This document shows, in pieces, positions 38,422-51,336 of a stretch of 64,000 nt of DNA. The position numbers were made by a program, and so were the translations under genes. The DNA is taken from assembly GCF_000143415.4 (NCBI RefSeq), contig NW_003314402.1, positions 73,804 through 137,803 of the forward strand. Direction: 5' to 3'. The DNA comes from Selaginella moellendorffii. Lineage: Eukaryota; Plantae; Lycopodiophyta. Position 1 is the first letter of the stretch. Each line of letters opens with the position of its first letter. The notes below the pieces were generated by a model that was not told the origin of the DNA, did no database searches, and saw only the letters and a list, made by a program, of their open reading frames with translations.

Positions 38422-39249
38422 GTTGTGGTGCTAGACAACACTATATGGCATGGCATCTGGCAGCCAAATGTCTTTCCCATGGAGATGAAGGCCAAGGTGT
38501 TGGAACCTTTGGTGGATCACAGCTGGAAAAATCAAAGTACTTGATAATGGAGAAGAAAATTTGTGCACCTTGACTTGAATCATGATCTGCTCCACAAGTT
38601 GTTGTGACAGCCATCAAGGCAATTTTGACGCTAAATCATCTTTGCAACCGGCAAGAACAACATTCTAGGAGTAGTGGCTCAAGGTGCTGTTTTAAATATC
38701 CTTGCAAAATGTTTGCACTATGCAAAACACACAATACCCATTCCTCATTGAAACGCCATCATTTGCTCTCACTCACTTGTTTTCTTTTGCATCTCCACTC
38801 AGTGAGCTGCTAAGCTTCCTTAGATTATCATCTGGAGGAAGTAGGGAATTCACAGCATAGAGTTTTGGAGTTGAAGTGTTGTTGGGATGTTAAGTATGAA
38901 GCTCAAATTGCATATGCATTGTATTTTTCTGGTATGTTGTTGTTGTGGTATTTTTTTTCCCAATATGTCTGTGGTACAATGTGGCTTGGTTTGTAAGGAG
39001 TCCTCGCACTTCCTAGTCCATTTCTCATCACAGGGTCTTTTAGTGGTAATAAATTCCCACTCGAAGATAATATAAGCAAGGAACTAGTGGTTTCCAGAAG
39101 CCGAGTTTATTCGTCCCCAGTTTTTAAGTTGGAAAGTTGCAAGAGGGAGACTGCACAGGTGATGGAATTCTGCTGCTGTGCTCATCAGCAAAACTTGAGC
39201 ACCCGAGTTGGATCGACCGGGGATAAGAAACTGGGAGGCTGTATCAAAC

Positions 39250-39603
39250 GTCATCCTGGCATATGACCAAAACGCTTAAGCAAAGAGGTTGTTTCTTTTG
39301 ATGATTTATCCAGAGAGTTGCTTCTCGTGTAACATTTTGATCAAGGGGTTTGTGGATGCCGGGAAGCAGCATTTGCCCTGGCATGGCATTTGGAAGAAGC
39401 AAAGGGTTTCGTTTGATGCAATGCCTCAGTATGACGTGCTCGCAAGAAACACAATGGTCACTCTATTTATACAAACAGAAAACCTTGAACACACAAAGTA
39501 CAGGTTGTCTCTTTTGCAAAGTTGAAAGGTTTTCTCCCAGAAAGAAGCACAATATTAACTCTTGGCCTTGTAGATCGGAATCATACTGTTCTTCACTTTT
39601 TTC

Positions 39604-39671
<68 letters not shown>

Positions 39672-40340
39672 TAGCGTTTTGAGCAGCTGTTCTTCCATCC
39701 AGGCATTTGCTGTTTTGGTTCAATTTTGCTTAAACACCAGCGACCTTCACGACATAAGAGCTAGATTGATTCACAGTGAGCACCACAACGATCGCTACCT
39801 CGCCAATCTCATCGTCCAAAAGTATGGGGAGCTGTGGGGTGCTCGACGGATCATCGCTGGCTCTTGCAGAACATCTTGCTGGGAAAAATCGGTTGAGCGG
39901 AGATCCAAGAGGGATGTGGTCGCATGGAACTTGATCCTCGCAGCGTATGCCTAAAACGCTCAGTCAAAAGAGATGTTTCTTTGGATGATCGAGGAATGTT
40001 TTGATCAAGGTGGGTTTGTGAATGCCATGCGAGAAAGCAGCAGTTGCCGGGACAAGGCATTTAGAAGACGCAAAAGTTTCAATTGACGGGATGCCTCAAC
40101 AGAATGTGCTCGCAAGAAAAACAATGATCATTCCTTGTTTTACGAACGGAGCACGCTCTTAAAGATGCGATACGCCTGTTTGAGAGTATGAGCATCGTCT
40201 TGTCTCTTGTACGGCGTTGATCCAGGCGTTTGGGAATAGAGGGCTCCTCTGCCGATCTTTGATGGGATCCGGGCGATCTTGTCACCGACGTCTTGAAAGA
40301 TCTTAGATTCTATCCGCAATCGCCCAGTCCTGGCGATGGG
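39250..40340 (+). pseudogene. PPR-protein gene fragments
   Basis: FDAMPQYDVLARNTMV and RDVVAWNLILAAYA; duplicate of 30350-31215. Confidence 0.65.
39606..39668. repeat. Compound (CT)n(CA)n microsatellite; shorter paralog at about 30708-30749
   Basis: Directly visible. Confidence 0.9.
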
Positions 40341-40582
40341 TGCTGCATATCATTCTGCGTGACGTGATCTCCAGGATTTGCGAAGAAGAAGCTCGTCGAT
40401 CAGATGCGCGATGCTGGCGCGCAATTGATTGGGGCTTCCCGCTACATTTTCCCGCGCTATCGTCTCTACTTCTCCATTCTAGGGTTCTTTCTTGGAGGCG
40501 ACGCAGGTTTTCTATTGCCCGCGTGGTCGAGGAGACGGCGCTGGGGGGCGGCCTTGATCGGCGTTGTGGAGCTGCACAGGTA

Positions 40583-42583
40583 ATGGGGCTCGACACTCCG
40601 GGTTTTAGAAATAGGAAGAGGCTCCAGCTTAAGGCTCCGACGAGCAGTGCCAAGGCGAGGAGCCCCAGCCAGCGTTGGTAAATCGTGGACGACAGGGAGC
40701 TCTAGATGTATGGTGACAACAAAGGTCCCTGTTCCATCGGCTGTGGATCGCCAAAAACTCCCGCAAAAGCTGAGGCTTCTAGGACAGCAAAAATTGCCGA
40801 GGTGATTATTGAAAGTGGAGCAGAGGATTTAGATGATTCGGGAGTAGAAGAAGAGGTAAACAAGAGGTAAACAAGATTAAGACTGGAGGAGGAAACGATG
40901 CCGAGGTGGAAAGAACAACAGTGGTGGAGAGCTCCATTGAGACTGTCAGGAAACATGGCGAGGCTGTTTCTAGCGCCTTAGCTGGACTTTCAATCAGAGG
41001 TAGTGCCTTGACCCACGGTAATCCCGTTAAGATGGAAGCTGGTTGTGGTTCCGTGAAAGCTGAAGCGTCGGTTTCGATCGCAGCTGGATGTGATCCTATG
41101 AAAGTAGATGGATTGGTGAAGATGGAAGCTGGTTTTGAGTCTGCAAGAGTCGAAGCTCTGGTTGGCTCGGTGAAGATGGACCCTCGTTATGATACTGTGA
41201 AAGTTGAAACTCCATTCGGGGGTTGTTTTAGATGTTGAGAGGTGGTGGCTTCTCCAAGAGACTGAAGTTGCCGGGTACTCGACGTCCAGGGGATGCCGGA
41301 TTCGTGTTGGCGAGTTCATTTCCTTCAGTTTTCCCAAGCCTGAAGCCGAAAGTAAGAAGAAGTTCTTTGAGCACAAGAAGGTTCGGCCAAAAGCGAGCTC
41401 CGACATTGTAAGGTTCTTGACAAAGCTTCAGGAGAGGTACGTTTCACTTGACTTGTTTCTTCGTTTTACTTCTAACCATTTGCTCACAGATAGGACGGCT
41501 TCCAGCCGACTGGGCCAAGTGTTTGATACCTTTGGGAAGTGCAAAATGGCACCAGAGGCTCTTTCTCTTATGAGCAGCATAGTTCTCCATTTGAGGTAGA
41601 GTTTCTGTGTTTACCAGAGACGTTACGTATATGATGTGCTTGCAGAGTTTATATCAACAAGTCAGAAGCCTTACGAGGAGGGGGTTGAGCGCGGATTGAA
41701 GCTTCTGCAAGCTATCTTGAAGCCGGTAATGCTTCGAAGAACAAAAGATTCAACTGATAAAGAGGAAGGTAAGCATTTTTTTCTTTGCACCGTGCCTTGT
41801 CTTGTATTCACTCACAAGTTGGATTCACAGACCAATTCCTGTTCTCCAACCGGCTCAATATGAAGTTATTGTATCCAGATCCATAGGTATCATGCAGGCG
41901 TTCCTGTACGAAATAGGAACTCATAACTGTACCAACAAGTAATCGGTTTCGAATAAATGTCGAGGAGCAGTGGAAGGAGTCGTCCAAAGTCGAGGCTCTG
42001 CTGCACCACCTCCAGACGTTAAGTGAGGCCGGGTCGAAAAGCGTTGTTTTTAGTCAGTGGACAGCGTTTCTCGACTTGTTAGAGATACCATTGAAAAGGT
42101 CCGAGCGTCTTTCCTTTTGGTGCTTTCTCTTTGTTTGTGTTTCTAACAATGCACTGCCAGGAAGAACTTCTGTTTCGTCCGCTTGGACGGAACACTATTG
42201 CAGCGTCAGCGAGAACAAGTGCTCAAAAGCTTCAGCAATATTCCAGCCGTGGTGGCCGTAAGCTTTTTGTGTTGCTTACCTCCAAGAAACCACTATTTTG
42301 TGGTCATGCTCAAGCTTTTCTCATGGTACGCGCTATAGTTTTCTTTTTTAGCCATCTTCCGAGTCGAGAATGTGGACGATCGAGCATCGGTCAGACGAAG
42401 AACGTATCGATCAAGCGCCAGTTGAAACTCTCTTTGACGTTTCTCATGTCTCTAGAGCAGGACTCGGTGGAGGAGAGAATGCAACAGGTCCAAGCGAGGA
42501 AGCAGCGATTGATCGCGGGGGCTCTCACAGACGAAGAGGTGCCAAGCGCTCGAATCGAGGAGCTCAAAATGCTATTTAGATGA
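40583..42583 (+). pseudogene. RAD5: RAD5-like pseudogene with several deletions
   Basis: HIRAN, LRRTK motif, SSKVEALL..KSVVFSQWTAFLDLLEIPL (41980-42097), C-terminus. Confidence 0.85.
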
Positions 42584-42698
42584 GAAGAGCTGGAGTCCTT
42601 AGCAACTTAAATCAGTGTACATAGTTAAAGAGGGGAATATGCTTCTAGCATCGGCGCGTATATTCTTCGGATAGTTCAATGTAGGTTTCTTCGCGGCT

Positions 42699-45022
42699 AT
42701 GGCGGACAGCAGGCGATCGCGTCGCAAGCGGCGACGAGCAAGGTATGGATGCTAGGATCGCCTCGAGAAGCAGCAGCAGCGCCGGCGCCGGCGCCGCGCC
42801 GCGATTTCGCTGGCCTAGAGCCGGAGTAGCCGATCTAGATTCATGCAAGCATATGATCTCTAGGAAATTGAGCTGAACGCTGAGGCTTTGCAGGCGATCG
42901 CGTCGATTCCTCTGGTCTCCGCGGCCGGGGCGGCTAGAAAGCCGGGGCGCATTCTAGAGTTTCGGGGTTTCTGGGGCGATCAGTCATGTAGCGCGCCTTG
43001 ACTGCCACTACTCAGGCCGACGATGAATTGGGCGTGGATGTGTCGTCTCCCAGCGGCGATTTGCTACTCCAATTTCTCAAGAGTGGTGGGGGCGACGAGC
43101 AGCTGAGGAGCAGTAGCAGCTACAGGACCCAGCAGTCGCAGCTCACGGTCCCTGCCACAGCTTTGCTCCTTCTGGAGGAGGAGGAGAAGGTCCTCCTCCA
43201 CGACCACTCTACGTCCCAGCAACAAGATTTGGTGGGTGGTCACCTCACTTCCAGCAGCACCAAGACCCACTTTTCCCTTCGGATCCATTCTTGACTCCGT
43301 CGGACCACTGATTTCTACGCTCGTTTGCTCCTCTTCCAGTCGAGAGACCGTTCCATCCGCCAGTGCCGTATCCTTTTCCAAATGCTCCGACTTTCCAGCC
43401 TGCTGATAATGTGGTTCATCCGCCGCATTCCTCTGGGGAGCTTAAAGCTCGTCCTGCCCTTCACTTCGAGTCTCCGGTGTTTGGACCCAGCGCAGCAGAG
43501 ACCTCGGACTCCAAGCGCGCCCCAGAGCAGCCGAGGAGATCGGTTACACCTGCGAAGGATGACAAGCAACAATTCCACGGCAATGGTTCCGAGCTCCTTC
43601 AGTTGTTACAGGGTGGTCCTGGTCGTGTGAAGCCCACAGCCTCCACAAAGGTGGATGCTACACAGGACAGTGGGGATTCTGGAGAGCCATCAAAGAAAGG
43701 AAGTCCATCTGCTGTTCACGGCCCCATAGGACTGCCGAGGCGTCATGTCGTTTCTCCTCCGCAGAGTCCAAATGACCTCCTTGGACGTTTGTGGGCTGCT
43801 CTTCCGGCCTCAAGCCACACTTCGTTTGACGGAGAAAGCGAACGCAAGACGTCAGCCCGGAGCTTTGGCGTTGAAGCGAACGAGATGTCCCGGGAAGTCG
43901 ATGGAGGTGGAGCTGCTGGTTTCGCACTTTTGAAGCGAAGGGGATCGGAGCCTGCCGCCTCGCACTACCTTTAAACGGCTACGACTATAACGACTCTAAG
44001 ACAAATGATAAGCCGAGGACAAACTCAGCATCCGGAAGACTACAGGACTATCGTGGGAGATACGTAAATGGAGAGGCCGAATTTGAGCCCGGAGGCGATG
44101 ACTTTAGAGGTGCTGGAAGGCGTCGAGGTCCCGGTCGTGCAGACGCCAGACGCGGTGGTCGGGGTGCTGTTTGCCAGTGGATTGCGGTAAATGAGAGGCA
44201 TAAAGATGCTGAGCCAAGTGACATCACCTCCTGCGATATCTCTGATGGAAGGGACGAGTCGCTTAAATCTTCAAACGGGACTTAGTCGAATGCTAGGAGA
44301 AAACATCAACAGGTATGGAGGATAAAACAGGCCGACTCAAAGGCAGCATTTCCAGCGGAGGAAAATCCGGACTACGAGGTTCCAAAGGCACGGTCTTTGG
44401 CATCTCAACTTGAACGTCCAGGCTTGCCATCGGGAAGTACGCAAAACTCTTCCGTTGGTGCGGCTTTTGAGGAGTCCAAACAGAGGCTCCATAATCTAGA
44501 TGCTTTGGAAGGAGAAGGCGTGACGACGTCTCTAGATCTCGAGGAGCTACAAATTGACGGTCACCGTCGTGAGGGTAAAGCTCCACAGTTTTACAAGGTT
44601 TGTGCTTGCGTTTTTTTCTTTCTTTATTTTCATGTGTTTGTATCTCTGGTTACAGCCGAAGGAGAACCGTTTCAGGGAGTCCAGACGCGTCATTCCCATG
44701 CACAGACGTGATCTTCTTTACCGACTGGATCTGCAATCTGGATATTTCACTCGTGAGCTTTTCTGCCTCTACGACGAGCTTATACCAACCGAAGAAGGGG
44801 AGGTCCGGAGAAGGAAGTTCTTCTCGAAGCTTGAGTCCCTTTTCGAGAGGGAGGTCCCGGGAACACGGCTCTTTCTTTTCGGATCGTGTGTTAATGCGTT
44901 TGGAGTTTGTAACAGTGACATCGATGTTTGCCTCTCCGTTGATCAGGAAGAACCAAACAAGATCGAGCTTGTTGTTCAAATGGCAACTATCCTCGAGTCA
45001 GATGCCATGTTAGACGTACAGG
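42699..45022 (+). pseudogene. URT1: URT1/Cid1-like terminal uridylyltransferase fragment including the nucleotidyltransferase motif
   Basis: LYDELIPTEE..LFLFGSCVNAFGVCNSDIDVCL (GS-x-DxD motif) in ORF 44554-45030, preceded by a long disordered N-terminus with stops and frameshifts. Whether the short MADSEG exon at 42699 belongs to this gene is uncertain. Confidence 0.78.
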
Positions 45023-45072
45023 AGGCGTAGGACTCAACGTGACTCATGGTATAGTTTCTTATCCGAATTCTT

Positions 45073-45448
45073 AGCCATCCTCCGATCCAGAGAACTTTCC
45101 TTTCATTGTTCTTGGCAACAGGGTCGATGTCGATGGAGAGAACAGTAGAGTGGTGAGCTCTTTTGTTTCATCTCTTGCCTCACTTTAAAGCTTGTGTGTC
45201 CAGGTTTCCGAGAATAAAGCCAAGGCCTGGTGTGCTTCCCAAGGAAAACATTCTATACTTTGAGGCGTCTGCCAAGGAAGACTACAACGTGGAGGCTGCG
45301 TTTCAATGCATTGCCAAGAATGCCTTGAGGAGCGAACCCGAGGAAGACTTGTAAGTTTTGCTTGTTTCTTCTTGTGATGTTTCAAGCTCACATTTAACTT
45401 CTGGCAGCTATCTTCCAGAGACGATCGACATTACAAATAACAATTGAT
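45073..45448 (+). pseudogene. RAB7: Rab7/RabG3 GTPase 3' fragment (three exons)
   Basis: [24 protein letters not shown] / ..[24 protein letters not shown]; GT-AG introns retained; CxC end deleted. Confidence 0.87.
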
Positions 45449-46145
45449 CTACTACTACTGTCCCTCTATCGATAAGTGTTTTCGCTTTCATTTTATATGG
45501 TTTTTTTTCTTTCTTTTTCTTTTTACTCTCTCCTTTCGCTCGTTGGCCTTGGATTTTTTTCCCTTCTCAATTTCCCAGTCGTTTTTTTATTTTTTCACTA
45601 CGAAATAACTTTTCTTCTTCGATCTTGTATCTAGTTACTACTAGTAGTACGCAAATTCTTGTGTTTGTGTATTATTAAATTTTCTTCGTTTCTAATGGAT
45701 TGCTAGTAGACGAGAATTGGGTCGCAACATGCCTAGTTTTTCTAGATTTCACAAGTCTGTTTTCTAGATTTCACAAGTCTGGGTGGAAAATAAGCTAAGG
45801 CTGTGATTGACACTGCATCACAAGAGTTTCCAATCCTTGGCAGCGAAGCTGTGCAACCCTTTCATTGTCTTATCCAGCCGCCAATTTCATCGTCCCAAAA
45901 TGGGGAATGTGGCACAAACCAAAGCAATCATTGATCTCGAAAAAAGGACCTCTGAAGAAGAACTAAAGGTATGCATATGCATATTTTTAATATTGTTATG
46001 TTTTCCATGTTTTACCATTTACTCTATACACCAGGTTTTAAAATACTCTTGGAAATCTCTGTTTTTGTTTTTTGATGATCTACTTGTGATGCAAAATAGT
46101 GTAGCATTTGCGCAGGGAGCGGCCGGATCTCGAGATATACAGGCG

Positions 46146-47635
46146 CTAGTAAACCTTCGAAGATTCAAGCCATGGTGGAACTTTCGTAACTATATCATCC
46201 CTGAAGTTTATCTGGAGATCCGGCCGCTCCTCAAGCCATGGTGGAACTTTCGTACCTTTTCGGCAGCGTAGGACTTTGAGCCTTGGAAATAAGCCAAGGC
46301 CGTGATTGTCTGAACTCAATTGGGGCCACACTACATCATCATGATCATAGAGCCCAAGCATCTCCAATCCTGGAAGGGATGCAATGGATGATGGAATATT
46401 TTCGATCCCCATCAAGTGCGCCCATCTTAAAAGAGTCATCTGGTCTGTTGGCTCAAAGAAATCATTGGGGAGCTGCCTCATACAGCCCTTCCGCAAAGAT
46501 AATGTGAACCGTTTCACCTTCAGCTGTGATCTCTCGGTTGGCATCAAGAGTCTCCTCATGTAACCTTCTACTCTCAGTCCATCAAGGTCTTTGGGGAGTT
46601 GTGTCACAAAGAGAGGCAAATGCTCCCATGTATTATCAAGAGCCACAACGAATGTTAACCTCTTCAGATTTGGAAGACTTGCTGCCAAATCATCCTTGAA
46701 CTCCGACTGTGCAATGCGCAGATTTCGAAGCTCCAGATGTTCGAGGCATGGGAACAATCCATCCAGACTGAAGAACTGGATACCACTGCAGTCTAGGTCA
46801 AGTTTTCGTAGCCGTTGAAAGCCCTTTAACCAAGACAGGTCTTTCATTGTCTCATTGTTTGTGATGGATAAAAATTGTAGCTGCAGCCATTCGAGGCTTT
46901 CGGCATTGTTTTCACCGTCTTGTACCCCATAAATGGTAAAGTTCTGAAGCTGTTTGGAATTCTTAAACATTCGTTTCCAGTCAAGTTTGATAGTCGATTC
47001 CACCCTAATGTGACATTGTCTTAGATTGACAAGTTGCCACAGGCCGGTGAAATCGGCAAAGTCCATGCTCTTTGCCTGCAACTCCAGTGTCTCAATGTCC
47101 TCTAGTGCACCAAGGCTGTGAGGTATTTTTATTGTTGCATTATTGAAGAGGTTTAGCTTTAAATGTCTTAGCTTGTGTAGGCTTGAAATTCCACTCAAAT
47201 CCACAGCTAACTCCTTACCGGAATGAAGCTCCAGCTCTTCCAAGTTGAATAATTGGGGCAGTAATGCAAAGTTGAATTTTGTGATCTCATCGCATTTCAA
47301 AACCTTCAGTGATGTCAAGCTGAAGAGCGCATCTGGCAATTGAGGCACATCATCGAAGGATCGAACGTCAAGCACTTGAAGGTTTCTCAGCTTGGATATG
47401 CTCTCTGGAATAGAACGGATAGAGCTTCCATTGAAGCTCAATACCTTGACATTTTGGATGTGATCTATAATAAGACTGACATCCGCACCAGAAATTCCAT
47501 GACATCTATCGAGAAGCAAGACATCTCGCACATGAATGTCGGACAAAAGGCTGCTTGTAACCTTCTTTCCAATGAATGAAACTTTAGAAAATGTTGGAGA
47601 AATCCCAGGTGGACAATCATAGCCAAACAGGCATC
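46146..47635 (-). pseudogene. NLR copy 4: LRR-only remnant with open frame (466 aa ORF) and a duplicated KVPPWLE tail
   Basis: Homologous to the LRR region of intact copies. Homology stops at about 47635, where a URT1 fragment begins; no NB-ARC. Confidence 0.8.
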
Positions 47636-47637
47636 CA

Positions 47638-47990
47638 TCTTAGTCGAATGCTAACAGCAATGGAGGATAAAACAGGCCGACTCAAAGGCAGCATTTCCAG
47701 CGGAGAAAAAACCGGACTACAAGGTTGCAAAGGCACGGTCTTTGGCATCTCAACTTGAACGTCTAGGCTTGCCATCGGGAAGTATGCAAAACTCTTCCGT
47801 TGGCGCGGCTTTTGAGGAGTCCAAACAAAGGCTCCATAATCTAGATGCTTTGGAAGGAGAAGGCGTGACGACCTCTCTAGATCTCGAGGAGCTACAAATT
47901 GACGGTCACCGTCGTGAGGGTAAAGCTCCACAGTTTTACTATTTTCATGTGTTTGTATCTCTGGTTACAGCCGAAGGAGAACCGTTTCAG
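47638..47990 (+). pseudogene. Short URT1-like internal fragment between two NLR remnants
   Basis: Matches 44281-44676. Confidence 0.75.
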
Positions 47991-48269
47991 GACCTCTGAA
48001 GAACTAAAGGTATGCATATGCATATTCTTAATATTGTTATGTTTTCCATGTTTTACCATTTACTCTATACACCAGATTTTAAAATACTCAAAACCACGAG
48101 AGTAAAGTAATATCCTGAGAATACGATTTGTAAGAAAAACAGAAACTGTGTCTTCTCCAAACGCTGCTGACGGCTTGGAAATCTCTGTTTTTGTTTTTTG
48201 AGTGATGCAAAATAGTGTAGCATTTGCGCAGATCGAGAACCCAATCGATGTCCACTGAAGGAGCAAGGT

Positions 48270-49381
48270 TTAAGCCCAGAAGATTATCTGGAGATCCGGC
48301 CGCTCCTCAAGCCATGGTGGAACTTTCGTACCTTTTGGGCAGTATACGACTTTGAGCCTGGGAAATAAGCCAAGGCCGTGATTGTCTGAACTCAATTGGC
48401 GCCACACTACATCATCATGATCAGAGAGCACAAGTGTTTCCAATCCTGGAAGGGATGCAACGGATGATGGAATATCTTCAATCCCAGACAAGTGCACCAA
48501 TCTTAAAAGAGTCATCTGGTCTGTTGGCTCAAAGAAATCATTGGGGAGCTGCCTCATACAGCCCTTCCGCAAAGATAATGTGAACCGTTCCACCTTTAGC
48601 TGTGATCTCTCGGTTGGCATCAAGAGTCTCGTCATGTAACCTTGTACATCCAGCAAATTAAGGTCATTGGGGAGTTGTGTCACAAAGAGAGGCAAATGCT
48701 CCCATGTATTATCAGGAGCCAGATTGAATGTTAAGGTCTTCAGGTTTGGAAGACTTGCTGCCAAATCATCCTTGAACTCCGACTGTGCAATGTGCAGATT
48801 TCGAAGCTCCAGCCATTCGAGGCATTGGAACGATCCATCCAGACTGAAGAACTGGATACCACTGAAGTCTAGGTGAAGTTCTCGTAGCCGTTGAAAGCCC
48901 TTTAACCAGGACAGGTCTTTCATTGTCTCATTGTTTCTGATCGTTAAAAATTGTAGCTGTGGCCATTCATGGCTTTCGGCATTGTTTTCACCATCTTGTA
49001 CCCCGTCAATTGAAAAGTGCTGAAGCTGTTTGGAATTCTTAAACATTCGCTTCCAGTCAAGTTTGATAGTCGATTCCACCCTAACGTCACATCGTCTTAG
49101 ATTGACAAGTAGCCATGGGTCGGTGAAATCGGCGAAGTCCATGCTCTTTGCCCGCAACTGCAGTGTCTCAATGTCCACTAGTGCACCAAGGCTGTGAGGT
49201 ATTTTTATTGTTGCATTGTGGAGGTCTAGCTCTAAATGTCTTAGCTTGTGTAGGCTAGCTAACTCCTCATTGTGAGGTATTTTTATTGTTGCATTGTAGA
49301 GACTTAGCTCTAAATGTCTTAGCTTGTGTAGGCTTGAAATTCCACTCAAATCCACATCCTCAGAGGAATGAAGCTCCAGCT
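48270..49381 (-). pseudogene. NLR copy 5: C-terminal LRR-only remnant with open frame (361 aa ORF)
   Basis: LRR homology; joined at about 49381 directly to RAD5 HIRAN sequence. Confidence 0.8.
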
Positions 49382-51244
49382 CGGATTCGTGTTGGCGAGT
49401 TCATTTCCTTCAGTTTTCCCAAGCCTGAAGCCGAAAGTAAGAAGAAGTTCTTTGAGCACAAGAAGGTTCGGCCAAAAGCGAGCTCCGACATTGTAAGGTT
49501 CTTGACAAAAGCTTCAGGAGAGGTACGTTTCACTTGACTTGTTTCTTCGTTTTAATTCTAACCATTTGCTCACAGAGAGGACGGCTTCCAGCCGACTGGG
49601 CCAAGTGTTTGATACCTTTGGGAAGTGCAAAATGGCACCAGAGGCTCTTTCTCTTATGAGCAGCATAGTTCTCCATTTGAGGTAGAGTTTTCTGTGTTTA
49701 CCAGAGACGTTATGTATATGATGTGCTTGCAGAGTTTATATCAACAAGTCAGAAGCCTTACGAGGAGGGGGATGAGCGCGGATTGAAGCTTCTGCAAGCT
49801 ATCTTGAAGCCGTTAATGCTTCGAAGAACAAAAGATTCAACTGATAGAGAAGGAAGGTAAGCATTTTTTTCTTTGCACCGTGCCTTGTCTTGTATTCACT
49901 CACAAGTTGGATTCACAGACCAATTCTTGTTCTCCAACCGGCTCAATGTGAGGTTATTGAATGCAAACTATCTGAGCCTGAACGTGATTTTTATGATGCC
50001 CTTTAGAACAGATCTAAGGCATGAAGAACTTCTCTTTCTTTTATTTTCTCTTTTTTCTGAACACGTTTTTGCGTTTGTGATCAGGTAAAATTCGATCAGT
50101 TCGTTGAACAAGGTAAAGTTCTCCATAACTATGCCTCGATCCTCGAACTGCTACTTCGATTACGGCAAGCTTGTGATCATCCTTTTCTTGTTCTGAGGTA
50201 GAAAATGCATCCTCTTATGTCTGAAGTTCCTGACGTTTTCTTCATCACGCAGCCGTGGCGATACTGAAGACTTTGCGGACCTAAGAATTCCTCCCAGGTG
50301 CCTTCGACGGCGTATGTCAAAGAGGTGGTGGATGATATTCATAAAGGAGAAAGTGCTGAGTGCCCAATTTGTTTGGAGATGCACGCAGTTCTTACACCAT
50401 GCGCTCATCGAATGTGCCGTGAGTGCCTATTTAATAGCTGGCGTACTAGCGCCGGAGGTCCCTGTCCAATATCCGAGGTAACATATTGTTTTTTTTCTCG
50501 AGCTCTTTTCCATATCCATAGCTATCATGCAGGCGTTCCTGTACGAAATAGGAACTCATAACTGTACCAACAAGTAATCGGTTTCGAATAAATGTCGAGG
50601 AGCAGTGGAAGGAGTCGTCCAAAGTCGAGGCTCTGCTGCACCACCTCCAAACGTTAAGTGAGGCCGGGTCGAAAAGCGTTGATTTTAATCAGTGGACAGC
50701 GTTTCTCGACTTGTTAGAGATACCATTGAAAAGGTACGAGCGTCTTTCCTTTTGGTGCTTTCTCTTTGTTTGTGTTTCTAACAATGCACCGCCAGGAAGA
50801 ACTTCTGTTTCGTCCGCTTGGACGGAACACTATCGCAGCGTCAGCGAGAACAAGTGCTCAAAAGCTTCAGCAATATTCCAGCCGTGGCCGTAAGCTTTTT
50901 GTGTTGCTTACCTCCAAGAAACCACTCTATTTTGTGGACAGGTCATGCTCTCATGCTTTTCTCATGGTACGCGCTATAGTTTTCTTTTTTAGCCATCTTC
51001 CGAGTCGAGAATGTGGACGATCGAGCATCGGTCAGACGAAGAACGTATCGATCAAGCGATTCATCGTCAAAGTAAGCGCCACTTGAAACTCTCTTTGACG
51101 TTTCTCATGTCTCTAGAGCAGGACTCGGTGGAGGAGAGAATGCAACAGGTCCAAGCGAGGAAGCAGCGATTGATCGCGAGGGCTCTCACAGACGAAGAGG
51201 TGCGAAGCGCTCGAATCGAGGAGCTCAAAATGCTATTTAGATGA
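49382..51244 (+). pseudogene. RAD5: RAD5-like pseudogene (5'-truncated) with RING and HELICc remnants
   Basis: CPICLEM..AVLTPCAHRMCRECLFNSWRTSAGGPCPI (ORF 50298-50561); C-terminus RIEELKMLFR. Confidence 0.87.
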
Positions 51245-51336
51245 GAAGAAGCATTTTAACTTAGTGTACATAGTTAAAGAGGAGAATATGCTTCTAGCAT
51301 CGGCGCTTGGGTACAAGCACTTTTAGGTTTCTTCCT

